64,000 nucleotides of DNA from assembly GCA_032718475.1 (NCBI GenBank), contig JAUCBJ010004016.1, positions 1-64,000 of the forward strand, in the 5' to 3' direction. A program made the position numbers and the translations under genes. Positions 62,974 through 64,000 of this stretch are shown here, in pieces. The number at the start of each line of letters is the position of its first letter. Positions within the stretch are counted from its first letter, which is position 1. The stretch comes from Nemertoderma westbladi (taxonomy: Eukaryota > Animalia > Xenacoelomorpha). Under the pieces are notes generated by a model that was not told where the DNA came from, did not search any database, and saw nothing but the letters and a program-made list of their open reading frames with translations.

Positions 62974-63672
62974 AAACTCTATTTATTTTAACTCGTGGTG
63001 TTAAGACCCCTTAAGCCCTACGTCCTTTCAGAAACTTAAGTAAGTACTTATAAAATATGTGATGATATCCGGTGTGCCATTATATACTTAAATTGTTTCT
63101 AAATGTTCCCACTTTTTCTCTGACAACATTTTATTGTAGATTGAAACGGTATAAATGAGCTAGAGATTGAATTATTTGTTGTTATTGTTTTTTTTTTGTT
63201 TATTATTAATTTTCTCCGCCACTTTCCGTCTACATCTTCTGGCAGCCTGTGTAGTTTTTCCTCATTTATTTAGCATCAATAAATAATAAACTTTACAGTA
63301 AACAAACAGCAGCGTATAAAAATACAGTATGTTCTGATATACTGTATTGTTTAATGATAGAGAATATATGAAATGGATGGCTGTTTGTTTAGTTTTGGAA
63401 TGTGTAAGGACGTCGTTGGGGTTTGAACCAGTACTATTCGGAACATTTTCGACTTATTAGGCCTCACCAGAAGCGCTAACCAGTTAAGCAATTCTTCTCT
63501 GATACTTCCTTTGCGAAGTCCACTTCTATCGATCGGGCAGCTTAATTGGGTATCATATTTATGCCGTGGTTCGACCCCCTGTGACGTACCTCCACTTTTC
63601 TTTCATTTCAGAACAAAATTGCTCAATATTAAATTTACAAGTTGCTTCAACTAATACAACAAAAAAACATTC

Positions 63673-63745
63673 ACCGGAATGGGGGATTGAACTCGGTACC
63701 TAGAGATTCCAAGTCCTACGCTCTACCAACTGAGCCACTGAGGCC
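63673..63745 (-). pseudogene. tRNA-like sequence (tRNA pseudogene or SINE head)
   Basis: Minus strand ggcctcagtggctcagttggtagagcgtaggacttggaatctctaggtaccgagttcaatccc has an intact D arm and A/B boxes, but the acceptor and T stems do not pair. Confidence 0.7.
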
Positions 63746-64000
63746 GTATCAATCCCTGATACCAAAACCTAACGAGAAATTAACATCAACAACAATAACA
63801 ACGGAGTGAATACTAGAGGTCCCGCTATGCGGACCTAAAAATACTTGAATTGAACTTAAAGATGCGGCAAAAACTGCGGATAATAATTGAACATGAAAAC
63901 CAAAACATTCAATAAAAAAACCTCGGATACAACTGATATTTCTATCCGCATTTTAATCATAAAAAATCGTTTTTCTATATAATTGTTCTTATTAGTTTCC

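Noticed and set aside
63673-63745. Functional tRNA-Pro(TGG)
   Set aside because: Acceptor, anticodon and T stems pair poorly, so it is treated as a pseudogene or SINE head.

Overview
Eukaryotic (invertebrate animal-like) genomic DNA, AT-rich and dense in transposons and satellites. It is not prokaryotic and contains no CRISPR array. Six host genes, all on the + strand, are recognisable: MRPS25 (intronless CDS), HTRA2/Omi (intronless CDS), SRP68 (two coding exons), two tandem Tctex1-domain dynein light chain paralogues, and the first three exons of a secreted or membrane EGF/LDLa-repeat protein. Mobile DNA includes an 11.5-kb TA-flanked TIR element holding a nest of insertions (non-autonomous LTR element, CRE fragment, RTE inside a foldback-like element, solo LTR), a degenerate L2 LINE, a Sola2 transposon with TSD, hAT/Harbinger-like MITEs, tRNA-derived SINEs and a Penelope-type minimal hammerhead ribozyme motif. 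The most unusual observations are: (i) a 3-kb G-rich 68-bp satellite whose unit is the last ~20 codons plus stop codon of SRP68; (ii) a group of 8-bp-TSD elements with asymmetric ends and inverted tandem-repeat arms, one copy nested inside another of the same family, with different arms expanded into different satellites; (iii) a sharp gene-conversion-like tract between the Tctex paralogues. Most long ORFs in the supplied track are satellite artefacts. All coordinates were read by eye, and family assignments rest on remembered motifs rather than database searches. No wholly new biological system is proven by the sequence alone.
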